From: Octopus sinensis
Lineage: Eukaryota
DNA length: 64,000 nucleotides
Reading direction: 5' to 3'
Assembly: GCF_006345805.1 (NCBI RefSeq)
Contig: NC_042999.1
Location: forward strand, 153,140,001 to 153,204,000
This document shows positions 49,739 to 62,450 of the stretch, piece after piece. The notes below the pieces were generated by a model. It made no database searches. It was not told the DNA's origin and saw nothing but the letters and a program-made list of their open reading frames with translations. The number at the start of each line of letters is the position of its first letter. Positions within the stretch are counted from its first letter, which is position 1. The position numbers and the translations under genes were made by a program.

Positions 49739-50079
49739 TATATGTATGTATAATATGTATGTATATGTATGTATGTATGTATGTATATGTATGTATGTAT
49801 GTATGTATAATATATGTATATATATGTATGTATGTATATATGTATATATATGTATGTATGTATATATGTATATGTAGGTATGTATGTATATTATATATAT
49901 GTATGTATATATATATATATGTATGTATGTATATATATATAGATGTATGTATGTATATATGTTATATATGTATGTATGTATATATGTATATAATAGGATG
50001 TATGTATATGTATATATGGTATGTATGTATATATGTAATATGTATGGTATATAATATATAATGTATGTATGTATATATG

Positions 50080-50110
<31 letters not shown>

Positions 50111-51036
50111 GTAATATGTATATATGTATGTATGTATATATGTATATATATGTATGTATGTATATATGTATATATATGTATGTATGTAGTATATATATAT
50201 GATGTATGTATGTATGTATATATGTAATATATATGTATGTATATGTATGTATGTATATGTATGTATGTATATGTATGTATTATAATATATATATTATGTA
50301 TATGTATGTATGTATATGTATTATGTATTGTATGTTATGTATGTATGTATAGTATGTATATATATGTATGTATGTATATATATGTATGTATGTTATGTAT
50401 GTATGTATATGTATGTATATATATGTATGTATGTATGTATTGTATAGTATGTATGTATGTATGTATATGTATGTAGGTGTATATATATGTATGTATGTAT
50501 GTAGTAATATATGTATGTATGTATATATATATATGTATGTATTATATATATATATGTATGTATGTATGGTATGTAGTATGTATATGTATTAGGGTATGTA
50601 TGTGTATAATATATATATGTATGTATGTATGGTATGTAATATGTATGTATAGTATGTGTATTATATATGTATGTATGTAGTATGTATGTTATGTATATAT
50701 ATGTATGTATGTATATATATATATGTATGTATATATATTATGTTGTATGTATGTATGTATTATATATTATATGTATGTATGTATGTATATATATATGTAT
50801 GTATGTATTGTATATATATATGTATGTATGTGTATATATATATGTATGTATGTGTATATATATATGTATGTATGTGTATATATATATATGTATGTATGTG
50901 TATATATATATATGTATGTATGTGTATATATATATATGTATGTATGTGTATATATATATATGTATGTATGTGTATATATATATATGTATGTATGTATATA
51001 TATATATGTATGTATGTATATATATATGTATATATA
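49687..51036. repeat. 1.35-kb (TATG)/(TA) compound satellite
   Basis: Direct reading. A near-perfect ~22-bp unit at about 50815-50990. Confidence 0.92.
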
Positions 51037-52482
51037 TTTGTCTTTCCTCTCACATGACGACAACCTCGTTGATTAGAGAAAATGTCGTTCGCTTCCTCTG
51101 TACTTTGTTTACCTTCTCGCTGTCACTTTAAAGGCATTGAGTAATCATACAGGCATATATTCATACATAAATATATATTCACACATATATAACTGCTAGT
51201 TTTATACTCTTGTTTTCTTCCTCTTCATTGTGTGTGTGTGCGTGCATCCTGCAACGTTTTTCATTTATCTTTGTATCCCCGTTTTTGCATATGTGCATAC
51301 AAACACATACAATGAATGGGCGTAGTTGTGTTAACATAGGGATAAAATTCTCCACAGCCTTCTCGAAGTATATTTGGTTTCTGCGAGAGACAAGTCTACA
51401 CATATGTAGTGTTGAAATACACTTAGTCAGTGTCCGATTTTTTTTAAAACCATCGTACAGACATGGAAGTTTTCAGTCAAAACCGAATTGCCATTTGCAT
51501 TTAACTGAGAGGAAAATGCTTATTTTGCATGAAAATTTCCAAGGTCTCAACTTAGAATTTAAGCGGTTATCAACACGAAAACATGGCTCTTCTGTATTTA
51601 TCCTATTAAAAACTTCTTGAACCGATAAGGTCTTAAATTATTAGAAATTGTCGTAAACTGGTGAATCTTGCAGTCATCTTTATTTTCGTAATTCCATTCT
51701 TGAAAACATAAAAAGCATTTCCTTTAAAACAATTGTTTTAGCTCACAAATCATTTTCTTTACAAATTCTTAACATTTGTAATTGTAATTTTCTAAACCTT
51801 CGTTAAACATACGCTTTTAATTCATAGTTTTATCTCTTTTCTTCGCATTGTTATTCCAAACATAACTTTTCTACATTCAGCTATTTCTTTTTCTGTTTGT
51901 TTTAGTTATCCCTATTTTTTTTTTTTTTTTGTTTTCTCTTCGTAGCAATTTCCTACAAACTAATTGTTCTTTTATGCTGATGAAATAACTCCATCGGGTT
52001 TTGTCAGTATCCTGTCAAAATTTGTTACGTAACTCAAAATATTCACTTATTATTATTTTTTTTATTACACACCATAATTACATGTTCATTTACTTTGCTC
52101 TTGTTAACGACGATCGTCTGAAGATCGGAAACGGACAGCTTTCACCATCTAATAATTATAGCATTGCATTTCTTTCCATGTGGAGTTCCTTCTTATCTGT
52201 CCTCATTCACATCGAAGTGTGTGTGTGTGTGTGTACTTCTGATGCAGGTGTTCGTGTCATTCAGTGATAAAACACCTAATATTGTGTGTGTGTGTGTGTG
52301 ATAGTAGTAGATAAATATTACACATAAGAACTATACAAGCATGTATATGTATAAACACACACACACACATATATCCATTCAATCACAGTGCATATGATAT
52401 TTATCTATTTATTTATTTTGTAATCTACGCTGCACTCTTTGATCCGATATGTGGGAACAGAATAGAGTTGTATGGCTGGTAT

Positions 52483-52515
<33 letters not shown>

Positions 52516-52939
52516 GCAAACAGACAGCGTTGGGGTGAGAGACTGAACTATTTTAGCTCTGGTGAAACAGACAGATGGGTGTACGGATACAACAACAGCG
52601 ATAGGGAAAAGATACATATATGCTATCATACATACATACATATATATTTATATATCAAACATATTGGCAAGAATCGGGAGCTCATGGCCCGGGGCAATAA
52701 CAGCTGCAATGAGTTTTAGAATAATTGCCTACGTCATGGTTAGTTTTAATATTAAGGAAGACATGTCATGTATCTATATGTCGCAGAGTGAAATGTGTCA
52801 CCAACAATGGTCGACATATTTAACATTTTAGGACCAGTTGGTGGTAGGCACAGCCTGCATTTAGCGTCGCCACCATCGTCATCGTCTTCTCGCTTTCTTT
52901 CCATCGTTCTTTGTTATATATTCTCACACATGTTTTTTA

Positions 52940-52971
<32 letters not shown>

Positions 52972-52972
52972 A

Positions 52973-53358
52973 CTAGCAGTATCGCCCGGCGTTGCTCGGG
53001 TTTGTAAGGGAAATAACTATATAAGCATTTTTAGAGAGTTATAGCCAAAAAATGCATTAAAAATTGAAAAGAAAAGTTATGGTAAATTTTTTTTAAATCG
53101 TTGATTCATCGTAGACATTTTTAGAGAGTTACTTCCCTTATATAATAGCGAAAAAATGCATTGAAATGGAAAAAAATGATGGTAATTTTTTTTTTTTAAT
53201 CGTAGACTCATCGTAGACGCGCGCTAATACCCAGAAAGGTTCGATATGAATCACGACTATAAGATACCCGGTTTTGGTTAAACTGCACCGAAAAATGTGG
53301 GAGTAGTTAGGAATCTAAATCGTAGGAGCCAGACACACAACTTCACTTTTATATATAA

Positions 53359-53361
<3 letters not shown>
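52973..53361 (-). mobile_element. Non-autonomous Helitron with an internal ~90-100 bp duplication
   Basis: Reverse match to 14476-14774 with TC..hairpin..CTAG ends. The TTTTTAGAGAGTTA..CATCGTAGAC unit occurs twice. Confidence 0.85.
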
Positions 53362-53412
<51 letters not shown>

Positions 53413-53691
53413 TAGCGTGTGTGTGTTTTATAAGTTGGTCCTTATCTTCCGTTGTTGTTCGTAGTGTTGTATATGTCTAGAATATTTGTTTTTTAAATAA
53501 ATTCTCTTGTGTCTGTCTGTTTATAAATTTATATTTCAAAAAGAAAGAAAGAATTGCAACCTGCAGATTTCAGTCGAAAAAAGATACCATACGTTTTAAT
53601 GGAATATGTGTCCGCTTATGAGTATGTGTGTAAAGATACACATTAACACACACACATAAATGCATATAATATACACATATATGTGCATACA

Positions 53692-53736
<45 letters not shown>

Positions 53737-54427
53737 TATATATATATTAAGTTTTATATATATGTGTGTGTGTGTGTATGTATGTATATATGTATGCATG
53801 TATGTGTATATATATATATATAATATATATATATATATGGAGAGAGAGAGAGATTCAGATGGATTAGGTACTTAAGTTGAGGTACCAGAATTTAGTACGG
53901 TATTATCCATACAATTTCAAAATTAGGTGATTAAAATAAGCAAAATACCTCTGGATATTCTTGTTGCTTATTTTGATATATTTTGATCACCACACACACA
54001 CACTATATAAACTCATTATGTGCATATATATATATATATATATATAATATATATATATATATATAATCATAGTATATATACATAATGAGTTTATATAGTG
54101 TGTGGTGATCGCTTTAAGCTTATATAAAAATACCAATATTATTTGCAGGACTGTAAACTCGGTGCCGTATAAAAAAACATTCGAACCATTCGTACCGGAA
54201 TATATATTTATACACACATAAATGAACTCACATAATTATGTGTGTGTGTGTGTCATGGATTGTGTATTGGGTGGAAAGTGGACGATTAGGATCGATCTCG
54301 TGTACATTTATTTTATGCTCAAAATACTAGTTTTGTGTTCCGTTATAATAAATTTACTTTAGACAGCGATGGTCGACTAATTAAAAAGTACACCACCACC
54401 ACTAAAGCGCTGGCACGATTGATAGGT

Positions 54428-54501
<74 letters not shown>

Positions 54502-54878
54502 GCGCATACACCCACGAATATATAAATATGTCTGAATAAATAAAATGATAAATATTTAAATAGGAAGAAGGAAACGAACTTTCCTCGGGGAACGATTTAA
54601 TGACTCTTCTCGTCATATCGATGGTTTTGGGAGGAAACAACTATATCATTAAGTGCTAATGTATAGGTGAGAGAGAGAGAGAGAAAGAGCGAGCGTATAC
54701 GTTCGTACATACATGCACACTAATAAAAACAGGCCTTTATATGAATATATACGTGCCTGTGTGTCATATACGTGCAAATAGGTATGTATGTAATAAGTAT
54801 CACTGTATATAGTGGACGATACGTTGAACTAGAATATGCTGTTCAATTACGAAGGGAATTATAGTGAACGAATGTGAG

Positions 54879-54915
<37 letters not shown>

Positions 54916-55559
54916 TATATATGGGAGAGGTGTGTGTATATAAGATCTAAGTATATGTTACGTGTGTTTGTGTGTATGTGGTTTATGTATGTGTATATGT
55001 CAGCCAGGCTGGGTGATAATGAATTCATCACCGTTAGTGATTCTGAGACTATTATTAGCATGAACTTACTAGATTTTATTTGTAAAAAAATGTGAATTAA
55101 ACTAAGGTTTTTTTTTTATATATTGTGTCTGTGTGCGCATGTATATATGTATATACACACATACGTATAACATTTGTGTGTGTGTGTATGTGAGAGAGAG
55201 AGAGAGAGACTCTGATATATATAAAGGGAGAGTTTACGAAAAAAACAAAAGACGAAGACAGGTGGTGTACAAAACAAACAGATGTATTAGTATAACGCTC
55301 AGGAAATATATATATACATCCATTTATTCTCTTTCGTATACATGGGCTAGTGTATCTATATTTCATAATCTCATATTTTGGACTTCATAGTTTCGACATT
55401 TCTGGAACATTAAAAAAAAAAAAAAAAATTCATGTGTGTCCTGTAAAATAAGAGCATGGGGGATGATACATATGCAGAGTGTAGTGAACTATTAGGAGTG
55501 TTATAGTGTGTAGCCAGGATGATATTAAACTGATTCACTTGAATATAAAATGCTGACTT

Positions 55560-56030
55560 TCTACGATTTTCCGATCATTTGAGATTTCTTGGTTTCTTTA
55601 GTCTATCTGTAAGTTATAGAGATACAGAGAAGACATTAAGTGACAGGGCTGTTTGCTCCTAATGATACTTCGGAGCATTTCTCTCCGACTGGCAGACTCA
55701 GGTGCAATGGCTTGTGGTTAGTCCATATAAAAGCTATCATTTTGAGCGTTAGCTTGTATTGAGAAACGTAGTGTTGAGCAACGACTGGTTTGCTGTCCCC
55801 TTTTTATCAGAGAGTGCTGGATGAGTTGATGCGAGTGTAGTGGTGCTGAAGAGCTTTAATTTATATCATTTGCGAATTGGAAGACGTGTACCCGAAACCG
55901 GATCGCAGATTCTTATCCTTTCGAGCGGAACGGGTGCTCAGATAGAAATAGGTGGATAACGCTTGGTTTTACAATTGCTGTTGATAGTGAAGTTTTTGTT
56001 GTCAGTGGTGGTTGAGATGTGGAGAACTCT
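55560..56030 (-). pseudogene. Possible heavily decayed Penelope-like GIY-YIG endonuclease region
   Basis: Fragments FTINSNCKT, LIQH..IKRG, SKPVVAQHY, LLYGL, LNV resemble the PLE C-terminus, with many stops and frameshifts. Confidence 0.3.
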
Positions 56031-57845
56031 ATATATGATATAGAGTATTAATACTTTTTTTTTTTATTAGTCGAGGATCTACATAGATACACTTGTGTGT
56101 GTTTGTACTTTGATAAACATAAATAACCTGAACAGACAAATACACACGTCTATATATAGATAACTTTAGTCTCTTTCTCTCTCTCTCGCCATATACACAC
56201 ACATGCACTTATATCCACGTACAGGAGCGAGAGAGAATGATAAATAGGTGTGTTTTCACAGTCTGACATCATAAACTGACTCGCTGGTTCTATGTTATAT
56301 TTCAATTGTCGAATCAAATCCTTCCCAATCCGTCTCTTTTTTTTTTTGCCATAATTTTTCAAGCTGCTGCCTTTGGTTGAAGCTGCTGTTTTTAGTTTCT
56401 CGCCGACTTCCACCATCTCAAACCTTTCTCTCTACTTCGCAAAGAACAGTAAAATGTATGAAACCTGAGTAAGTCCGTTGATTTATCTGTGCAGAAGAGG
56501 AGGAATCAACTTCAAATGCCATGTTCTACGTCCATATATATGAAACTGTTATATACAGAGGGACATTTTTGCCTCATTTTTCAATCCGCCCCGTCACGAA
56601 CCAGTGGAGCGAGAGACGCTTATCACCGAATTTTCATCCTTGAGAAAGGACAATTACTTCACTGGCTGTAGTGATGGAAGTAGCGTGTCTGCCGCACAAA
56701 TAATAAGGAAAGCAAACAAGAAGATCAACCAAGCGAATATAGCAATAATTGATAAATCCCGAAATATGATCCCCCAGAGTTAACATGACGGGAGTATGCA
56801 ATCTTTGAGTGTGTATGTTTGTGAGACAGAGTGAGAGAGAAATGCACATAGATGTTGGAATATATTCTACATACAGCTTTAAAAAAAATAAAATATAATA
56901 AATAATAATGCTTGTTCTTTTGCTATTGTTGTTGTTGTTGTTATTGTTGCACTAATTCTGCGAGCAGCATTAGCAGCAACCTTTAAAATATTTGCAAGAT
57001 AGCGGCCATGTGACTACTTCGTTAAAACAAGGCAAAATAAAGTCTTTTGAGTCTCTATAATCACGAGAATGTCAGGAAACCGTTGATTCTATACAAGTCT
57101 TTCTTTAAACATTGATGGATCGAGCTTCTATTGTTCTTGAAAACAAGCAAGGATAATTTATTAGCAAGCGATATTGAAAATATCCAGAGTATCATAGTTC
57201 TTTTTCTCTGTTTTCGCTGGAAGCAAATATCTCGAGAAACAAAATATAACAAGGAAACTTTTATCCTTTGTATTATTATCTCAAGAACATCTTTAGTATT
57301 TATTATAATAATTTTTTTTTTCTTGTATCTATTTCTATTTTCTTTATTTAATTTTTATTCTGTTGTTCTTCCCCCCATTTTATATAATCCACCATTATAA
57401 TAATTTTCATCTTTCAATCAGCTAGTAGTAGTAGGTTTTAGTTTTTTTTCTTTTTTCTCTCTTCTCAACTTTAGTGATTCGGAACAGTTTCAAGATGTAA
57501 ATTCGTATTTTCAAAAAAATAATAAAATCGATAGCTTCCTTATCTTTTCTACAGTCGAATTTAATCTGAATTTAACTTTGGTCTTTATTCATATTTTAAG
57601 GTGAACTCTTGGCTTTTACCAACATCATATCTCATATTCTGTAGAAATGCGTGTATGTGATTATTTATCTACATATCTGTGTGTGCGAACGTGCTGCGTG
57701 TACACACACAATTTGTATCGGTGTATCCGTGTGTATCAATGGACAAAATCAGGTGTGCACGTTGCTTACAAGGCAATAATTATACCTTTCTCGTGATTTC
57801 CCACAACAACGTAGAGATATGTGGCCGTCGGTGGATAGAAGATTA

Positions 57846-58017
57846 ATTTAAGGTACCCTCGCTTCACATCTCATTCCCACCAGGCACCTAGAAAATCTGA
57901 AAGAAACAGTATTTATTATCAGCAATATCAAGAAAAGTGATACATGGTACCTAATATTATAAGGTACCCTCGTATCGTATCTATATTCCCACTCATCTGG
58001 ATAACCGAATGAAACAG

Positions 58018-58052
<35 letters not shown>

Positions 58053-58110
58053 CGGTACAATAATAGTGCGGTACCCTAGTATTTCTGCTACTATCGTGGT
58101 GGAAACAGTA
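57846..58110. repeat. Diverged ~108-111 bp minisatellite (about 2.5-3 units)
   Basis: GGTACCCT at 57852, 57963, 58070; GAAACAGT at 57903, 58011, 58102; GGTAC at 57946, 58054. Confidence 0.6.
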
Positions 58111-58794
58111 GGAAGGTTCTGAACAAAATATCTTACGATGTCTAGTTACGTTCAAAGTTCAAATCGCAGTATGATCAAATGTATCGTTCGTCTTTCTATA
58201 GTCGATAAAATAAATAATCGTCCTTTCAAGATCTGTAAGCTTTGCCTCGATGTTAAAAATCACTATACTAGTATTACCTCTTTCGATTCTCTTATGTCAC
58301 GTTTCAGAGATAGTTTGATAATTTTCCTAATTGCAGTCAGGCAGGGAGGTGTAGAGCATATATATATATATATACATATATATGAGAGAGATTGATTGAT
58401 TTCTGCCCAGTCTAACGAAAACCTTGCATGTGGGCGGTGTAAACCGACATGTCCCGAAATAATGGTGTGTGTGTGTGTGTGTGTGTGTTGATGAAATTCA
58501 CGTAAGTGTAGTGAGAGACACAGAATCTATTATATTCCAAGTTTAGAAAGAGAAAGACTGTGAAGAAGGGAGGGAACTCGTAGGCTCTTATTAATAGAGT
58601 TACTCCCATTTATGAAGCAATTAAAATTAATCTGTGTTTTTCCCCGCCAGCCCCATCTACTTCAGGTAAATTACCGAAATGTTCTAATAAATATTTGTAC
58701 ATGTGAAGAAAGGTGGTCGCTTGCCAACTCCTTAAGGCATAAAAAATTGAAAATACATCTGCATCATATTTTTTTTCTTTGTAGCTTCGTTTCT

Positions 58795-58855
<61 letters not shown>

Positions 58856-58860
<5 letters not shown>

Positions 58861-58959
58861 TTATAGAAGGAGCTTCTACAGGACTAGAACTGTTTCAAAC
58901 TGATGATTTCTTCTGAATGAAACAGTTCTAGTCCTGTAGAAGCTCCTTCTATAAAATAA
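58856..58959. repeat. Perfect 42-bp inverted repeat enclosing a hammerhead core
   Basis: Arms 58856-58897 and 58918-58959. The spacer AACTGATGATTTCTTCTGAA contains CTGATGA. Confidence 0.92.
58900..58944 (+). ncRNA. Hammerhead motif of the 21260 family, lacking its own 5' stem I strand
   Basis: CTGATGA-T-TTC-ttct-GAA-T-GAAAC-AG-ttctagtc-CTGTA-GAAGCT. Confidence 0.6.
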
Positions 58960-59024
58960 ATTAATTTACTCTGCTATGTATTGAGTACCTTATTTACTGT
59001 GGTTAACCCCGACTCAACCCGGGA

Positions 59025-59063
<39 letters not shown>

Positions 59064-59251
59064 ATGTGATGTATATATGATGTATGTGTATGTATGTATG
59101 TATATGGAGCGAGCTGGCAGAACCGTTACTGCACCAGATGGCATTTTTTTTTTTACGGCTCTATACGTTCTGAGTTCAAAATCTGGTGTCGTTAATTTTC
59201 ACGATGGTGCTCCATATCACCGCAATTGGAGTACTGAAATGTATAAAGGAT

Positions 59252-59297
<46 letters not shown>

Positions 59298-60107
59298 AGT
59301 TATAAAATAAATTACTTATAAAATAAATCTAAACCTTTAAAGGTATTTTTTAATATGCTGGCCATTGATATTTTTTTTTTTCGAAAAAATTTTATATACA
59401 TTAAATGTGTGTATATATATATATAATGTATAGTGTGTTTGTGTGTGTGTAGGGTGGTTTAAAAGAAATTACATATGTATACATATCTGCAATTATTATA
59501 AATTTATAATGCTACACACAAACCAGTGATATTCCCGGTCTGTATGGAATTACAGTGTAGCCGACGTATCATTTTCCCCCCTATCACCATCAACTTGCTG
59601 AAAATGGTTTTTATTATTGACCGGCATATCAATTAAATTTTAATTATTTTCATTCATTTGGTGTCCGTTTTGGCCATAAAACATCTCGGTTATTTATTTA
59701 CGTATTTTTTTTTTCTCACACACGTTACTTATAAGTTTCCGATCTGCCAGTCTACAAATTCACTGTATATTGCCGAAAACGAAAACAAAGTAGTTGAACT
59801 TGAGCGGAATAAAAAACCCTTGGTACTTTTTATCATTGCACCGGTTTGCTGGGTTATTTTCATAAGCGGTGTTCACCTTTAGCTGTCACCCTTATACTAT
59901 TTGTTCCTAATTCAAGATTGACGCCCGTAGTTTTTTAGTCATAAGCTTAGATTCTAGCGCATGACTAATATTTTATTTTATAGACCCCAGGCAAAGGTAC
60001 CCTCAGCGTGATTTGAACCTAGAATTTAAATTATCAACAGAAATGCCAGACGATTCTGTCAGCAAACCACTTGAATAATAGTAATAAAAATGATAATAAT
60101 CCTTTCT

Positions 60108-60840
60108 GCTATAGGCAAAAGGCCTGAAATTTTGCGGGAGGGAGCCAGTCGATTAGATTGACCCCAATACGCAACTGTACTTAATTTATCGACCCCGAAA
60201 GGGGGAAAGGCAAAGTCGACCTCGGCTGAATTTGACTTCAGAACGCGAGGACGGGCGAAATGCAGTCCGGCGTGCTTAACGTTTCTGCCAGTTCCCCGCT
60301 TTTAATAACAATAATTATTATTATTTCTAATTTTTGCCTGAAGGGCAGCTTGCGGGAGGTAGGGATTAATCGATAACATCGTTCAACTGGTACTTAATTT
60401 TATCGACCCTGAAAGGATAAAAGGCAAAAATCGACCCCGGCGGAATTTGAACTCAGAACGTAGCGACGGGCGATAATAATAATAATTTCAAATTTATAAT
60501 AATGATAATAATAATAATGATGTTGATTTCAAAATTTGGCACAAGGCCAGTAATTTCAGGAGAGGGGGGGGGGGGTAAGTCGGTTACATCGACCCCAGTT
60601 CTCAACTGGTACTTATTTTATCAACCCCACCAAAGGATGAAAGGCAAATACTTTTTTTGCTATAGACATATGGCCTGGAACTTGGAGAGGTGGGTAGGGA
60701 GCTTAGTTAATTTTATCAACCCTCAAAGGGTGGAAAGCAAAATAACCTTCGTGGAATTTGAACACAGAACATAGACGGAATAAATACTGCCAAGAATTTC
60801 ATCCAGTGAAGCAATGACTCTGTCTGCTCACCACCTAAAT
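60108..60840 (-). mobile_element. Tandem cluster of 3-4 SINE family B copies
   Basis: Repeated reverse cores separated by (AAT)n. The later copies show CpG decay. Confidence 0.75.
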
Positions 60841-60869
60841 AATAGTAATAATAATAATAATTATGTATA

Positions 60870-61195
60870 CAGTGCTCCCTCGACTGTTGTGGGTGTTAGG
60901 TTCCAAAACCTCCCACGATAGGTGAAAATCTGAAAAGTAGAAGAAACAGCACTGTATGTGTTTTATTAGTTTTATAATTTACTCTTTTACTTGTTTCAGT
61001 CATTTGACTGCGGCCAGGCTGGAGCACTGCCTTTAGTCGAGCAACTCGACCCCGGGACTTATTCTTTTTGTAAGCCCAGTACTTATTCTATCGGTCTCTT
61101 TTTGCCGAACAGCTAAGTGAGGGGGACGTAAACACACCAGCATCGGTTGTCAAGCAATGCTAGGGGAACAAACACAGACACACAAACACACACAC

Positions 61196-61230
<35 letters not shown>

Positions 61231-61494
61231 CGACAGGCTTCTTTCAGTTTCCGTCTACCAAATCCACTCACAAGGCATTGGTCGGCCCAGGGCTATAGCA
61301 GAAGACACTTGCCCAAGATGCCACGCAGTGGGATTGAACCCGGAACCATGTGGTTGGTTAGCAAGCTACTTACCACACAGTCACTCCTGCGCCTGTAATT
61401 TGTATATATTTATTTTATTATAAATGCAAAGCAACACCATGAAGGAATCAACATAAGCTTAAATAATAAGCCGCAATATGGCGAGGGATTATTG
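60870..61494 (+). mobile_element. Tigger-like MITE (second copy) with nested SINE
   Basis: TA|CAGTGCTCCCTCGACTG ... CCGCAATATGGCGAGGGATTATTG. Confidence 0.75.
60977..61396 (-). mobile_element. SINE family A, full length, young
   Basis: Complete reverse copy with CpGs intact. Confidence 0.88.
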
Positions 61495-61508
61495 TTGGTC
61501 CAGTTAGT

Positions 61509-61582
61509 GACCGGTTAGCTCAGTTGGTTAAAACGTCGTGCTAATAACACAAATGTCATGGGTTTGGGCCCCATACTGATCA
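61509..61582 (+). pseudogene. tRNA-Ile(AAT) pseudogene
   Basis: 74 nt GACCGGTTAGCTCAGTTGGTTA..GTCGTG-CTAATAA-CAC..CTGATCA. Anticodon AAT. The T-arm is degraded (GGTTTGGGCCC) by CpG-type changes. Confidence 0.8.
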
Positions 61583-62075
61583 GTGGCTGTAAAAACCATG
61601 CCAAAACAGACAGAAGTCTGGTGCATGCTCCTGTGAAGCCAGCGCCTGCCAAATCATCTAACCCAGGGGTTCTCAAACCTTTTTTTTTACTTATGGACCC
61701 ACATGGCCATTTGATAGTTTTATAGAAATGTCTTTTAAAATTTCTATTTTGTTTTTCATACATTAACTTGTGTAGGGTTGAAACATGTAAAAATGTCAGA
61801 GAAAGAAACCTAGCTGTTTCTTGCAATACATACATTTAAAGCAAATTTTTTTCCGGGTCCCTTCAAATTCTATTGTGGATCCCAAATTGACTACTTTATT
61901 ACATGGATCCCCAAAAATCTTACTTGGACCCTCAGGGACCAAATGGTCTTCGGCTAAGAACTACTTTGTTACATGGATCCCCAAAAATCTTACTTGGACC
62001 CTCAGGGACCAAACGGCTAAGAACTACTGATCTAACTCATTCCAGAATGGAAGCTGGATGTTAAACAAATGATGA
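61583..62075 (+). mobile_element. RTE-type retroelement 3' tail, split by a hAT MITE
   Basis: TGTAAAAACCATGCCAAAACAGAC..TCTAACC | MITE | ..CATTCCAGAATGGAAGCTGGATGTTAAAC..ATGATGA. Similar to 63560-63690. Confidence 0.6.
61664..62029. mobile_element. hAT (Charlie-like) MITE with 8-bp TSD
   Basis: CAGGGGTTCTCAA ... TAAGAACTACTG. TSD ATCTAACC/ATCTAACT. The subterminal ~68 bp is duplicated in tandem. Confidence 0.8.
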
Positions 62076-62084
62076 GAGTCATGT

Positions 62085-62280
62085 TTTTTGTTGGCATGGA
62101 TTTAATGGTTTAACAGGACTGTGGGTCTGAGGAGTGCATTGTGCTCCAATGTCTTCTTTACTATGGGTTTTCTGGCTGGGTGCTCCTGTGCCGAGTACTT
62201 TACAAATGTGTACTGGGTTTTTTTTTTTTTTGTCTTTTTGTGGCACCATCACTAGTGAGGTTGCCATGCTGCATACAAGA
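62085..62280 (-). mobile_element. RTE-type tail, reverse, CpG-decayed
   Basis: TGGCATGG..TGGCTGGGTGC..TACTTTACA..TGTACTGGGT..GTGGCACCA. Confidence 0.5.
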
Positions 62281-62450
62281 AGAGCCCTAAGGTCTCCTTT
62301 GGCTGAATGGGTCTGCAGTCGAGAGGAAGGTGATGATGATTACAGAGTAACACTTTATCGTTTCTTTGTCTTTTTCTAATTTAATAAATGTTAACCTAAA
62401 TAAAGGTCTTCTTAACAAAATGACTCAATATTTTTCTTATTGTTTTTTAG

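Noticed and set aside
49581-51131. Many Tyr/Val/Cys/Met/Ile ORFs
   Set aside because: Microsatellite translations. The same applies at 17380-17914 and 38773-39216.
52118-52140. CTGAAGA-TCG-GAAAC
   Set aside because: No room for stem II and no GUH with stem I.
55846-55915. CTGAAGA..CCCGAAACCGGATCGCAG hammerhead-like string
   Set aside because: Stems are inconsistent with the core positions, so probably coincidental.
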